IMG/VR virus record: IMGVR_UViG_3300037478_000427
Span: 1 to 53,813 of that record
Reading direction: 5' to 3' (one strand)
Source of the DNA: a virus
Taxonomy: Duplodnaviria; Caudoviricetes
Length of the DNA stretch: 53,813 nucleotides
Shown: in pieces, positions 27,517 to 35,654 of the stretch
Numbering within the stretch: the first letter of the stretch is position 1
Layout: the number at the start of each line of letters is the position of its first letter
Notes under the pieces: model-generated
Databases searched by the model: none
Told to the model about the DNA's origin: nothing
Seen by the model: only the letters and a program-made list of their open reading frames with translations
Made by a program: the position numbers and the translations under genes

Positions 27517-27661
27517 CTGATCTGCACCTCCTCCTGGCATAGCGGGTGTCCCTCCTGTTGATGCGTGGATGATGAGGTTCGGTGGGCTGCCAGCTTGTAC
27601 CGACGGCTTCATGTCATCGAGGTCGGAGTTGTACTCGAGCCACTTCTCGTTGAAGATCTTG

Positions 27662-28384
27662 TTATTCACCGAGAGCATCCATGATGTCGTCGTCCGTCAG
27701 CCGGTGCGGGTGATACAGCTTCAGGATTTCCGGGCAGACCTTGTTGCCCCGAGCGCCTCGGCTAGCCGAGTTCGCCGGACAGAACGTGCAGTGATCACCC
27801 GGCGTGAACGTGATGTCTCTCGCCAGGATCTTCTCCTCCGCCTTGCGGGTGTCGACCATGAACTGCTCCAGCTTCTCGCGCGAGAAGAACGCCGAGCTGA
27901 TGCCTGCCTTCACGAGCGGCTGCACCACGTGGAACGTGGCACCGGTCGCCTTCGGTGCGAGTGGAAGGTACGCCGCCGAGTAGTACATGCCCTGCACGTT
28001 CTCGTCCGCGGACACCGGGATGCGACCGAACTTGTAGTCGATCACGTGGATTTCATCTTGCACGTGCAGTACCACGTCCGCTCTGGTGTTCGGCTTCTGC
28101 TGAAGCCACCACCCTGTCGTCGCCTCTTCCAGCAGCGTCTTGAATCTCCGCTGCTGTCGTAGCTTGGCTACGTACGCCATCGCTTCGGCGATCCCCTCCA
28201 TCTCCTTCGGGGCGTACGAGCCGGCGAGCTCCAGGATGTGGTGCATCGCCTCACCCTTCTCACTCGCTGCCGTGCTGCCCTGATTGGGCGGAGGCACCCA
28301 GCCTGGGATCGCGAGCTCCAGGTTGGCACTGGCGTGGCAGGCCAGGTGCTTGCTCGCCACGCTTGCGCTGAATCTTTCGATCAT
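27662..28384 (-). CDS. Cas4-like PD-(D/E)XK exonuclease (DUF2800-like)
   Basis: SAS...C, GEAMH, RAD...IDYKFG, QGMYY, C-terminal CTFC...C. Confidence 0.85.
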   Translation of the reverse strand: MIERFSASVASKHLACHASANLELAIPGWVPPPNQGSTAASEKGEAMHHILELAGSYAPKEMEGIAEAMAYVAKLRQQRRFKTLLEEATTGWWLQQKPNTRADVVLHVQDEIHVIDYKFGRIPVSADENVQGMYYSAAYLPLAPKATGATFHVVQPLVKAGISSAFFSREKLEQFMVDTRKAEEKILARDITFTPGDHCTFCPANSASRGARGNKVCPEILKLYHPHRLTDDDIMDALGE

Positions 28385-28596
28385 GCTTCCCTCCGTACGA
28401 ACGTGCTGGCGATGCGGTTGGTGGCCTGCTTGTCCACGAGGTCGCTCGCCTCGAAGACGACCTTGCCGTTCTTGAGCAGTACGGCCAGCCGAGGAACCGT
28501 GTAGTACATCACGGTTCCTTCGGCTTTCACTGGACTGCCCAAGCCTTTCAGCGCCCGCATCTCTCGGTACCACCACTCGGTGTGCGACTCAGGCAC
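28381..28596 (-). CDS. Hypothetical protein (71 aa)
   Basis: Fills the gap with overlaps; 3' part of track ORF 28381..28929. Confidence 0.65.
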   Translation of the reverse strand: MPESHTEWWYREMRALKGLGSPVKAEGTVMYYTVPRLAVLLKNGKVVFEASDLVDKQATNRIASTFVRREA

Positions 28597-29065
28597 TGTG
28601 CAGTCCTCGCCTCTCCACCCGGTAGATGGTGAAGCCACGATCGGAGACGATGCTCCAGTGCTGCGGGTTGTCCGCCGGCTCATCGGTGTCTGGCGCCAGC
28701 TCTTCACGGATGCAGCCCTCGTCCACCAGGATGTCCTTCGCCACCTCCAAGGTGGTCGCGACTCCGAGCAGGGTGAACTCCTCGATGAAGTCGTCCTGCT
28801 TGGTGACGACGTACACCTCGTGTGTGCCTTCGACCTCGATCTCCTGGATCTCGTACGACATCCACTGCCAGAACTCCGGTACGTAGTCGTCGAGGTGGAT
28901 GAACACGGGCACGGTGTCCGGGCCGGCACCCGGGTTCTGGTCTTCGGCGGCCGCCATCTTGGCGCCGTCGAACGTGACGAACGATCGCACCCACTCGATG
29001 TCGTAGTCGTCGGACTCCTTGTTCGACGTGTCCATGTTGTACTTCGCCAGCTCGTAGATCTTCAT
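28589..29065 (-). CDS. Hypothetical acidic protein (158 aa)
   Basis: GAGGAG RBS, ATG 29065 (or GTG 29068). Confidence 0.75.
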   Translation of the reverse strand: MKIYELAKYNMDTSNKESDDYDIEWVRSFVTFDGAKMAAAEDQNPGAGPDTVPVFIHLDDYVPEFWQWMSYEIQEIEVEGTHEVYVVTKQDDFIEEFTLLGVATTLEVAKDILVDEGCIREELAPDTDEPADNPQHWSIVSDRGFTIYRVERRGLHSA

Positions 29066-29097
29066 CACTGTCTCCTCATTGCCTCGTCTGGAATGGG

Positions 29098-29130
29098 GGA
29101 GCCCCGCCGCCACAGTGGCGGCGGGGCTCC
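29098..29130 (-). terminator. Stem-loop downstream of the SSB gene
   Basis: Perfect 16-bp inverted repeat GGAGCCCCGCCGCCAC-A-GTGGCGGCGGGGCTCC. Confidence 0.6.
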
Positions 29131-29149
29131 AGGTGTCACGACGTGGAAC

Positions 29150-29857
29150 TCAGTCCTCGTCGATGGACATGAACAGCTCGTCCTCGTCGATCTCCCCGCC
29201 GCCGCCGAAGCGCTCGGCGTTGCTGTTCACGAGGATGCACGTCGGACCCGACGCCGTGATCGACGGCGTGCTGCCGGTGACGTACGCGTACAGGTTGATC
29301 GGCGCCGCGCACACCGCCCCGGGGTACAGCTCCAGGTTGGTGTCCCCCACCGGCAGCGGCAGACCACGAGCCGGGATCGGCGGAACGTCGACCTGGTTGA
29401 CCAGCTCGGACACGTCGTGCACAATCGCACGGCGCGTGACGTCCTGCCCCTTCATGCCGTTGACCTTCACCGTGGCCACGGCTTCCGGCGCGAGCTCGGC
29501 GGTCTTCTTCGAGACCGGCTTGATGAACCCGACGATCGGGTCCACCTCCCAGTCCTGCGCCTCGATCATGCGCTTGAGCTTCGTGAGCATGGGCTTCTCC
29601 AGCCCACCCTTCTCGTTGCCCTTCTCCTTGCCGACGGCTTCGACGTACGGCAGGAACTCCGAGGTCACGTAGGCGAGCAGCTTGTTGAGCTGCGCCTCCG
29701 TGACCAGCAGGTTGTAGTGCGTCTTGACCTTGTCCGCCGTCTTCTTGTACTCCTTCTTGCCGTTCTCGTTGAGAGCCAGTGCCTCCGGCATGGTGAACGC
29801 CGGGTAGCTGAGGCGGCCGGACAGGACGTAGTCGTTCGGACGCTGTGCGTCAGCCAT
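29150..29857 (-). CDS. Single-stranded DNA-binding protein (T7 gp2.5/DUF2815-like)
   Basis: GRLSYP N-terminal motif, LYPG, RFGGG and acidic tail EIDEDELFMSIDED; next to the Cas4-like and Pol A genes. Confidence 0.78.
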   Translation of the reverse strand: MADAQRPNDYVLSGRLSYPAFTMPEALALNENGKKEYKKTADKVKTHYNLLVTEAQLNKLLAYVTSEFLPYVEAVGKEKGNEKGGLEKPMLTKLKRMIEAQDWEVDPIVGFIKPVSKKTAELAPEAVATVKVNGMKGQDVTRRAIVHDVSELVNQVDVPPIPARGLPLPVGDTNLELYPGAVCAAPINLYAYVTGSTPSITASGPTCILVNSNAERFGGGGEIDEDELFMSIDED

Positions 29858-29880
29858 AGGGGGTACCCCTTTCTCACGGA

Positions 29881-29973
29881 TGCGATGCAGTTGTCGCATC
29901 GCAACCTGCCGGAAAATTTTTCCGGCTAACTCGTACCCGAGCAGGGAGTTCCTGACTCCCCACTCGGGTACGA
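29881..29973 (-). promoter_or_regulatory. Three tandem inverted repeats in the SSB leader
   Basis: 29881-29903, 29908-29926 and 29931-29973; the last has two mismatches that are G-U on the minus strand. Confidence 0.55.
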
Positions 29974-29974
29974 A

Positions 29975-30217
29975 TCAGGCAGGCAGCCCGAGGATCGAGC
30001 AGATCTCGGCCACGCCGCTCTCGTCACGGATGCGCTTGTGAACCAGGCGTGATGCCTGGCTCAGCTCGTCATCCGTCGACGGAGGGATGTAGCCGAGGAG
30101 CTGCTGCTCCAGTCCACGAGTCCGGTCGTCCATCGACGACTTGATCCGCGGGCTGGATCCGCTGCACCACATGGCACGACGCACTGCCTGGACAGTGGGC
30201 TGTCTTGCTCCGCTCAC
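29975..30217 (-). CDS. Hypothetical protein
   Basis: 80 aa, GTGA overlap; alternative ATG at 30133. Confidence 0.6.
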   Translation of the reverse strand: MSGARQPTVQAVRRAMWCSGSSPRIKSSMDDRTRGLEQQLLGYIPPSTDDELSQASRLVHKRIRDESGVAEICSILGLPA

Positions 30218-31167
30218 CAGCCGGCCCTTCCTCCGAGCACGTGGCGCGACGAGCCGATCATCAGCGGCTTCACCTCAGCAGCGAGCTGACCGACGCACTC
30301 ACCCAGGTAGGTGGGCCGGTTGACCAGGCTGATGTCCAGCAGCTTGCCGATCCGGCCAGGCTGCGATGCGATGCACGCCCTTGCGTCCACCGCGGAGTCG
30401 TAGTCCGCGATCGTGACGACCGTCCCGTAGTTCCTGTCGAACAGTGGGGCCAGCGTCTCGTACCGAGTACCCCCGAACTCCGCTGCGTTCAGCACGGAAT
30501 CGACCGTGGCCTCACCAGCCTTCCAGTGGAAGGTGGTGTTGCTGACGATGGCGAGCTCGGCGTCCGCCTTGATCGCCAGGCCGACGACCTCGCTCGCGAT
30601 CTTGCGGATCGTCTCGGCGGTCATCGACCCCGACACGTCCAGGATCACCAGGTTGGAGGCCGACGTCTTGTGCTTGAAGCCCATCTTGAACGAGGCTCCG
30701 AGCTGGTTCCGCTGGACGTTCAGCTCCCGCAGGTGCTTGAAGATCGTCTCGCCCTGCGTACCCGGCATGGCGTGCAGTACGCCTTCGAGCTTCGTCGCCA
30801 CGTCCTGAATGGACTTCGCGACCTCGACCTCGGCTGCCTCCCACAGCTCACCGAGCAGCACCGTGTCCGGCACCTTCTCGACCTTGCCGAAAGTTGCTTT
30901 GGCCTGGTGAATGACCTCCGGCACGGTGTCGATGAGGTACTCCTGCAACTCGTTGGAGTGCAGGTGACCCTCGCTGGTGAACGCCTCGATCAGATCCATG
31001 CGGAACAGGCGTGCGATCAGCGTGGTGAGGTTCTCCGCCTCCAGCTTGTAGACCTTGGCGAAGAACAGCGCGGTCTGGATGTCCGGCAGCAGGCGCTTCA
31101 GCACCTGGAGCGGCATCTTCTTGGTGGGCGTGAGCGTGATCAGCTCGAACCCTGTGTCAGTCGTCAT
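30214..31167 (-). CDS. von Willebrand factor A (vWA) domain protein
   Basis: MIDAS motif ILDVSGSM, GGT, TIAD. Confidence 0.85.
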   Translation of the reverse strand: MTTDTGFELITLTPTKKMPLQVLKRLLPDIQTALFFAKVYKLEAENLTTLIARLFRMDLIEAFTSEGHLHSNELQEYLIDTVPEVIHQAKATFGKVEKVPDTVLLGELWEAAEVEVAKSIQDVATKLEGVLHAMPGTQGETIFKHLRELNVQRNQLGASFKMGFKHKTSASNLVILDVSGSMTAETIRKIASEVVGLAIKADAELAIVSNTTFHWKAGEATVDSVLNAAEFGGTRYETLAPLFDRNYGTVVTIADYDSAVDARACIASQPGRIGKLLDISLVNRPTYLGECVGQLAAEVKPLMIGSSRHVLGGRAGW

Positions 31168-32110
31168 CGGACTGGGCAGCTCCTTCTCGTTCTTCCTTCT
31201 CGACGTTCGCAGCTCGGATCATGGCGATGTTCAGTGCCATGTTCTTCTGCTGGATCTCGGTCAGCCCCTTCGGCAGGCTCTTCTCGAACCCCTCGACACG
31301 GGACCAGTAGTTGCGAGGCGGACGTCCAGGATTCAGCACGATGACGTACTGAACCTTGCCGTCGTTCATCGCAAGATTGTTGGACTCCTCGATCAGATCG
31401 ATGAGCGCAGGTTCCTGAACCATGCGCAACTGGATCTGACCGATCAGCTTACGCAGCGATGCACCCTTGGTGTCGGTCGCCGTGAGCGTACGACTCGCCC
31501 GGCCGTTGAAGCTGTCGAGGATCTTGTACGGCGGCACCACGACGTCATCCATCAACGACGCCATGGCCGTTGTACCCAGTACGTTCGGGTGCAGGCCGGC
31601 GCCATCGATCAGGCGCCTCGCCATCTCGGACCAGGTACCCCGTGAACTGCGAGGGTCGGCGACCTCGATGTGCAGGAGCCGGTCCTCCAGTGCCGGGTCG
31701 TACGTCGTCACCGAGTTCGACGCACCAGCCATGAACACACGAGGCAGCTCGTGATCCCCCACCTTCCGGCTGGTGGTGATGTCGAGCAGCCCGTTGAATA
31801 CCTCGGGGTAGGCACGGAGCATCTCGTCGAACAGCAGGATGTCGCCATCCTTCAGTCCGTCCCAGTAGGTGGCGAGCAGAAGCTCAAGCTTCTTGTCCTT
31901 GCCCTCACCCGCAGGCATCTGCACGCCCTCGAGATCCAGCGGGCTGACTCGTGCCAGGTTGACGACTCGGAGCTTCACGTCCAGCAGCTTGGCAAGCTCC
32001 TGGAACGACGTCGACTTGCCGGAACCCGGCGGCCCCACAAAGTGCGGGAGCGGCGACGTCGGCCCCATGATGTCGAACGCCGTGTAGAGCTGGAGCAGGC
32101 GTTGCAGCAT
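31157..32110 (-). CDS. MoxR-like AAA+ ATPase
   Basis: Walker A GPPGSGKS, Walker B LLFDE, sensor ASN, DPALEDR arginine finger; coupled to the vWA gene. Confidence 0.88.
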   Translation of the reverse strand: MLQRLLQLYTAFDIMGPTSPLPHFVGPPGSGKSTSFQELAKLLDVKLRVVNLARVSPLDLEGVQMPAGEGKDKKLELLLATYWDGLKDGDILLFDEMLRAYPEVFNGLLDITTSRKVGDHELPRVFMAGASNSVTTYDPALEDRLLHIEVADPRSSRGTWSEMARRLIDGAGLHPNVLGTTAMASLMDDVVVPPYKILDSFNGRASRTLTATDTKGASLRKLIGQIQLRMVQEPALIDLIEESNNLAMNDGKVQYVIVLNPGRPPRNYWSRVEGFEKSLPKGLTEIQQKNMALNIAMIRAANVEKEEREGAAQSDDD

Positions 32111-32160
32111 GTGTATCCTTTCCAGTGCACTGTCTGTGTGTCGTGCTGGTGTGAGATGGG

Positions 32161-32203
32161 GCGAGGCCCCGGAGCGGTTGTCCTTCCTGCTCCGGGGCCT
32201 CGC
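32161..32203 (-). terminator. Intergenic stem-loop
   Basis: 15-bp inverted repeat GCGAGGCCCCGGAGC/GCTCCGGGGCCTCGC. Confidence 0.55.
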
Positions 32204-32209
32204 GTCTTG

Positions 32210-32845
32210 TCAGCCCTCGCGGGGCTCGGTGTCCTCGACCGGCGACTCGACCGGCACGGTCTCGACCTTGCTCTCCGCGGCGTAGTCCTCCTCCGCGGGG
32301 AGCGTGATGTCGAGCGTGCCGCCGTCGGCGTGCGTGTCCACGTTCACGGTGGCACCCTTCGCCTCGGCCTCACGGATGATGCCCTCGATGAAGTCGGGCA
32401 GCGCCGACGGCGGGGGCGTCGTGGTCGTGGTCTTCCACGCGTCCGCCTTGATGATGGCGAGCTTGTCGGCACCGACCCAGCGCACCCGGTCGACCGACGC
32501 GGCGCCACGCAGCAGTGCACGCAGCACCATCGTGTCGTGCGTCAGGCTGATCCGCTCGGCGGGACGAGCCTCGGTGGCCTCGGTCTCCCGGCTGATCTCG
32601 TAGTAGCTCAGCGGGTCCTCGTCCGCCTCGTGCTTGGCCGTCAGGCGGTCGGCCGCGTCGGTCAGCGGAGCGAAGAACCGCTCGACCGCCCGGTCGAAGT
32701 CCTCGTGCGCGGCACCGTGCTCCTCGTGCAGGGCGATCTCGTCGAACTGCGTGCCGTCGAGGATGGTGGAACCCTCGCGCTCACCCGAGTCCTTGCCCTC
32801 GACGAGGTACTGGTGGGCGACGAGAGCGGTGGTGATCAGGGTCAT
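32210..32845 (-). CDS. Hypothetical acidic protein
   Basis: 211 aa, AAAGGA RBS, biased codons. Confidence 0.8.
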   Translation of the reverse strand: MTLITTALVAHQYLVEGKDSGEREGSTILDGTQFDEIALHEEHGAAHEDFDRAVERFFAPLTDAADRLTAKHEADEDPLSYYEISRETEATEARPAERISLTHDTMVLRALLRGAASVDRVRWVGADKLAIIKADAWKTTTTTPPPSALPDFIEGIIREAEAKGATVNVDTHADGGTLDITLPAEEDYAAESKVETVPVESPVEDTEPREG

Positions 32846-32856
32846 ATCAGGTCCTT

Positions 32857-33057
32857 TCAGAACCGTGCTTGCATGGCGGTGTACTCATCGCTGGGACGGA
32901 TTGCTCCCGAGCGAATGGCCTTGCGTGTGAGCTCGGCCAAGTCACGGCGTGCAGCCGTGCGAACCAACGCCTCGTCGACCTCGTCGGCCGAGTCGGGCTG
33001 GTTGTCATCGTAGCCGGACTGACTGACACTGTCCGGCTGGTTCTTGGGGTCGCTCAT
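32857..33057 (-). CDS. Hypothetical protein
   Basis: 66 aa, GGAG RBS, fills the gap. Confidence 0.7.
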   Translation of the reverse strand: MSDPKNQPDSVSQSGYDDNQPDSADEVDEALVRTAARRDLAELTRKAIRSGAIRPSDEYTAMQARF

Positions 33058-33060
33058 GGG

Positions 33061-33879
33061 CTACTCCAGACTTGCGAGGATGGCGTCGAGGCCATCCATC
33101 GTGGGCAGCGTCCGCTGGAACTCGAGGAGCTCGACGAACTTGTCGTCCCGGATGTACTCAGCCAGCGCCGCCGCCAGCTCACCGAGCAGGAGATCCTCCG
33201 GCTTGGTCCGGTTCGCCTTGTAGCTGGCGTACTGGAAGTAGCCCTGCACCAGCACCGGCTTCACCAGGCTGAGGTCGTACTCGTAGGCGTAGGCGTACCG
33301 TGCGTACCTCCCCGGTGTCCGCTGCATGATGTGCTCGGACATCAGCCCCTTCTCGAACGCCGTCTTCCGGTAGTCGATCAGCGGAAGCGGTGTGGTCGGA
33401 CCGATGGTCCCGATGTCCGGGAACATGTACCCGCGCATGTCCTTGAACGCGCCGTCCTTCGTGTCGTAGCCCATGGAGAGCAGACCGAAGTCGAACGACT
33501 CGAGCACCTGGCTGAGCTTGGTGGTCGGATGCCCGTCCACCTGCTTGTAGATCACGTTGATCTCGACCGGCTCGACGGCAGCACTGAGGCTCAGACTCTT
33601 CGTGAGCTTCAGGCTGTTCGTGTGCCAGTTCTTGAACCCGATCTCCAGGTGCCGGCGAAGCATCTTCTCGTTGCGCTCATCGAGCTCCCACCCCCGGTTG
33701 AGAAGACGCTCGGCGAACGCGGCGTACATCAGCGGATTGGGGACGAACACGTCCACATCCGAATACGCCTCGGGCTTGTCGTACCAGACGGCCGCGGCCG
33801 AGCTCCCGGCGAGAAAACCCAGGAGCCCGGCCGTGTCGTCCAGCACCTGCGCGACTGCGCTCTGTGCTGGTATGCGCAT
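33061..33879 (-). CDS. Nucleotidyltransferase (Pol-beta superfamily)
   Basis: hAGS (FLAGSSA), DxD (SDVDVF), EINVI, and FDF as in CCA/poly(A) polymerase head domains. Confidence 0.72.
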   Translation of the reverse strand: MRIPAQSAVAQVLDDTAGLLGFLAGSSAAAVWYDKPEAYSDVDVFVPNPLMYAAFAERLLNRGWELDERNEKMLRRHLEIGFKNWHTNSLKLTKSLSLSAAVEPVEINVIYKQVDGHPTTKLSQVLESFDFGLLSMGYDTKDGAFKDMRGYMFPDIGTIGPTTPLPLIDYRKTAFEKGLMSEHIMQRTPGRYARYAYAYEYDLSLVKPVLVQGYFQYASYKANRTKPEDLLLGELAAALAEYIRDDKFVELLEFQRTLPTMDGLDAILASLE

Positions 33880-33880
33880 G

Positions 33881-34276
33881 TCAGACGTCGCCGCTCTTGC
33901 TGCTGTCGTCCGAGCCGTCGCCCTTCACCTCGGACTCGCCCGGCGTGCTGGTGTCCGCCGGCTCCGACGAGGACGCGTCCGCACCCGGCACCTGGGTGAC
34001 CCAGGCGCCGGACTCGGTGAGCTCGAACTTGAGCTCACCGTCGGAGAAGTGCGGCGCCTGCCCGAGGGCGACACGCTGCGCGTCGATCTTGCGCATCGTG
34101 ACGGCGACGGCAGCGAGCTCCCGGGCGTACCGCGTGTTCAGCTTCTCGAGCTGGCTCGCGCCCTTCGCCTGGAGATCGGCGATCTGCTCGGTGAGGGTGC
34201 GGGGCCGGCGCTTGGTCGTGACCTTCTCGGTGACCTCGGTGGCCTGACCCTTGGTCAGACGCTTCGTCTCGGTCAT
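33881..34276 (-). CDS. Hypothetical protein (131 aa; basic N-terminus, acidic tail)
   Basis: GGAAGGA RBS before ATG 34276. Confidence 0.75.
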   Translation of the reverse strand: MTETKRLTKGQATEVTEKVTTKRRPRTLTEQIADLQAKGASQLEKLNTRYARELAAVAVTMRKIDAQRVALGQAPHFSDGELKFELTESGAWVTQVPGADASSSEPADTSTPGESEVKGDGSDDSSKSGDV

Positions 34277-34345
34277 GTGTTCAGTTCCTTCCCATGGGAT
34301 GTGTCTTGACGCACTGATGCCACGAGCGTGACAACAGCACGACGT

Positions 34346-34382
34346 GTGTCCGGTCAAGCAGACAGTCAGCTTGACCGGACAC
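34346..34382 (-). terminator. Intergenic stem-loop
   Basis: 14-bp inverted repeat GTGTCCGGTCAAGC/GCTTGACCGGACAC. Confidence 0.5.
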
Positions 34383-34461
34383 TCATCGTACTGTGGTCAA
34401 GCTGACCGATCTTGGTCAACGTGACCGTCAGCCTGACTGTCAGCCTGACCGTCAAGCTGAC
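34365..34461. repeat. Array of six GTCA-N3-TGAC palindromes
   Basis: Starts at 34365, 34396, 34415, 34427, 34439, 34451; the last four have a 12-bp period. Confidence 0.85.
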
Positions 34462-34729
34462 CGAGCCGGAGAGCTTGACGCCACCTTGACAGGCGCTTCG
34501 CGCACGCCTCGTTGCACGTGGCTGCGCCGCGTGTCCGTCTGTGGTCATGGTTGACAGACAGCAGCTCGCCGCACCACGGTGCGTCGCAGCGTGACGGGTC
34601 AGCCATGAACTGCTTGTTGACCAGGATGACTTCCTTGACACGCGGGTCGAGGTCAATGTCGACCTGATGTCCGACGAGCCCACGGTCTGGGTCATGCGAC
34701 CCGGACGCCACTGCTGTACGGGTGGTCAT
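34397..34729 (-). CDS. Putative zinc-finger DNA-binding protein
   Basis: 110 aa; CDAPWC...CNEACAKRLSRWR; GAGGAG RBS, ATGA overlap. Confidence 0.6.
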   Translation of the reverse strand: MTTRTAVASGSHDPDRGLVGHQVDIDLDPRVKEVILVNKQFMADPSRCDAPWCGELLSVNHDHRRTRGAATCNEACAKRLSRWRQALRLGQLDGQADSQADGHVDQDRSA

Positions 34730-35052
34730 CGTGTCATCTCCTCGATGAGTCCGATCAGGCGCCTGTTGTAGTTGCCTTGTCCTAGGCGTGCACGAAGCTC
34801 CGCTCGGATGGCACTGTGCAACCGAGCAGGTGGCTGCGTCAGGATGTGCTCGACGAGCACGTCGAAGTTGTCCTTCGACAGATCCTCGACAAGCTGCCGC
34901 CCTCTCGGCCAGGCACCTCTGCCTGAGCTGTGCCTGATCAAGTCGCGATACAGCGCCCCTGGATTCATCAAGCGCTGTTCAGGTGCGCGTACGCAGTAGC
35001 CGAGCTGGTACGCCAGGCGTACCAGCTCGGGCAGGTCTCGACGCATGGTCAC
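34726..35052 (-). CDS. Hypothetical protein
   Basis: 108 aa, overlaps on both sides; alternative ATG at 35046. Confidence 0.7.
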   Translation of the reverse strand: MTMRRDLPELVRLAYQLGYCVRAPEQRLMNPGALYRDLIRHSSGRGAWPRGRQLVEDLSKDNFDVLVEHILTQPPARLHSAIRAELRARLGQGNYNRRLIGLIEEMTR

Positions 35053-35492
35053 TCGTCGTCACCCGGCAGGCCATAGTCCTTCATCTCCCAGCACCGGGCG
35101 TGGTTGGTGGCCACGAGGATGGCGAAGGTGACTTTCTCGTCGTCCTCCTCGATGTCCTGCCTGGCCGCCTCGTCCACGATGGACGTGGCGATGCGGGACC
35201 GGCAGTCCTGCGGGGACATGGCCCACTTGGTCATCTGGTCGACCGCCTGCTCCATGATCTGGAGTTCGTCCTGTTCGATCTCGTCGATCTCCAGGTAGTA
35301 GTCGATCCAGAGCTGGACCTGACGGTCGTCCTTCGGGTCGACGTCGTCGAGGCCGATGGTCGGCGGCGCCGGTTCGTTGATCGAAGCGGGCGCACAGCCG
35401 GTGAACAGCACGAGTGCGATGGCGGCGAGCAGGATCACGACGATCGTGACGGCCCGGTGCTTGATGCTTCGGTACGAAAGGGTGTTGCTCAT
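35049..35492 (-). CDS. Lipoprotein (putative)
   Basis: Basic n-region, hydrophobic h-region, lipobox-like LFTG-C; acidic body; GGAGG RBS. Confidence 0.7.
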   Translation of the reverse strand: MSNTLSYRSIKHRAVTIVVILLAAIALVLFTGCAPASINEPAPPTIGLDDVDPKDDRQVQLWIDYYLEIDEIEQDELQIMEQAVDQMTKWAMSPQDCRSRIATSIVDEAARQDIEEDDEKVTFAILVATNHARCWEMKDYGLPGDDE

Positions 35493-35546
35493 GGTGCATT
35501 ACCTCCAGTTGATGCTGAATGATGGTGCATGTCAGAGCTCACGTGT

Positions 35547-35638
35547 GGCCCATGAAGGGCCTATGAGGGCAGGCAGGTCTGGTTGGACCTGCCTGCCCTC
35601 ACGGGCTGCGGAGGGTGGCACGATGTGCGCCTCCGCAG
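35547..35638 (-). terminator. Cluster of three intergenic stem-loops
   Basis: 35547-35561, a 16-bp stem at 35564-35601, a 9-bp stem at 35606-35638. Confidence 0.55.
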
Positions 35639-35654
35639 GGTGAACGGGGCTGCT

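Noticed and set aside
27662-28384. Cas4-like gene as evidence of a CRISPR system
   Set aside because: No repeat-spacer array or other cas genes. Solo Cas4-like nucleases are routine beside phage SSB and Pol A.
34365-34461. Palindrome array or the 39299-39365 hairpins as a mini-CRISPR array
   Set aside because: Units are 11-20 bp with no 25-45-bp unique spacers.
34366-34695. Alternative-frame 109-aa ORF with LTVR repeats
   Set aside because: No RBS or start overlap. The 34397..34729 frame has both, plus a Cys4 motif.
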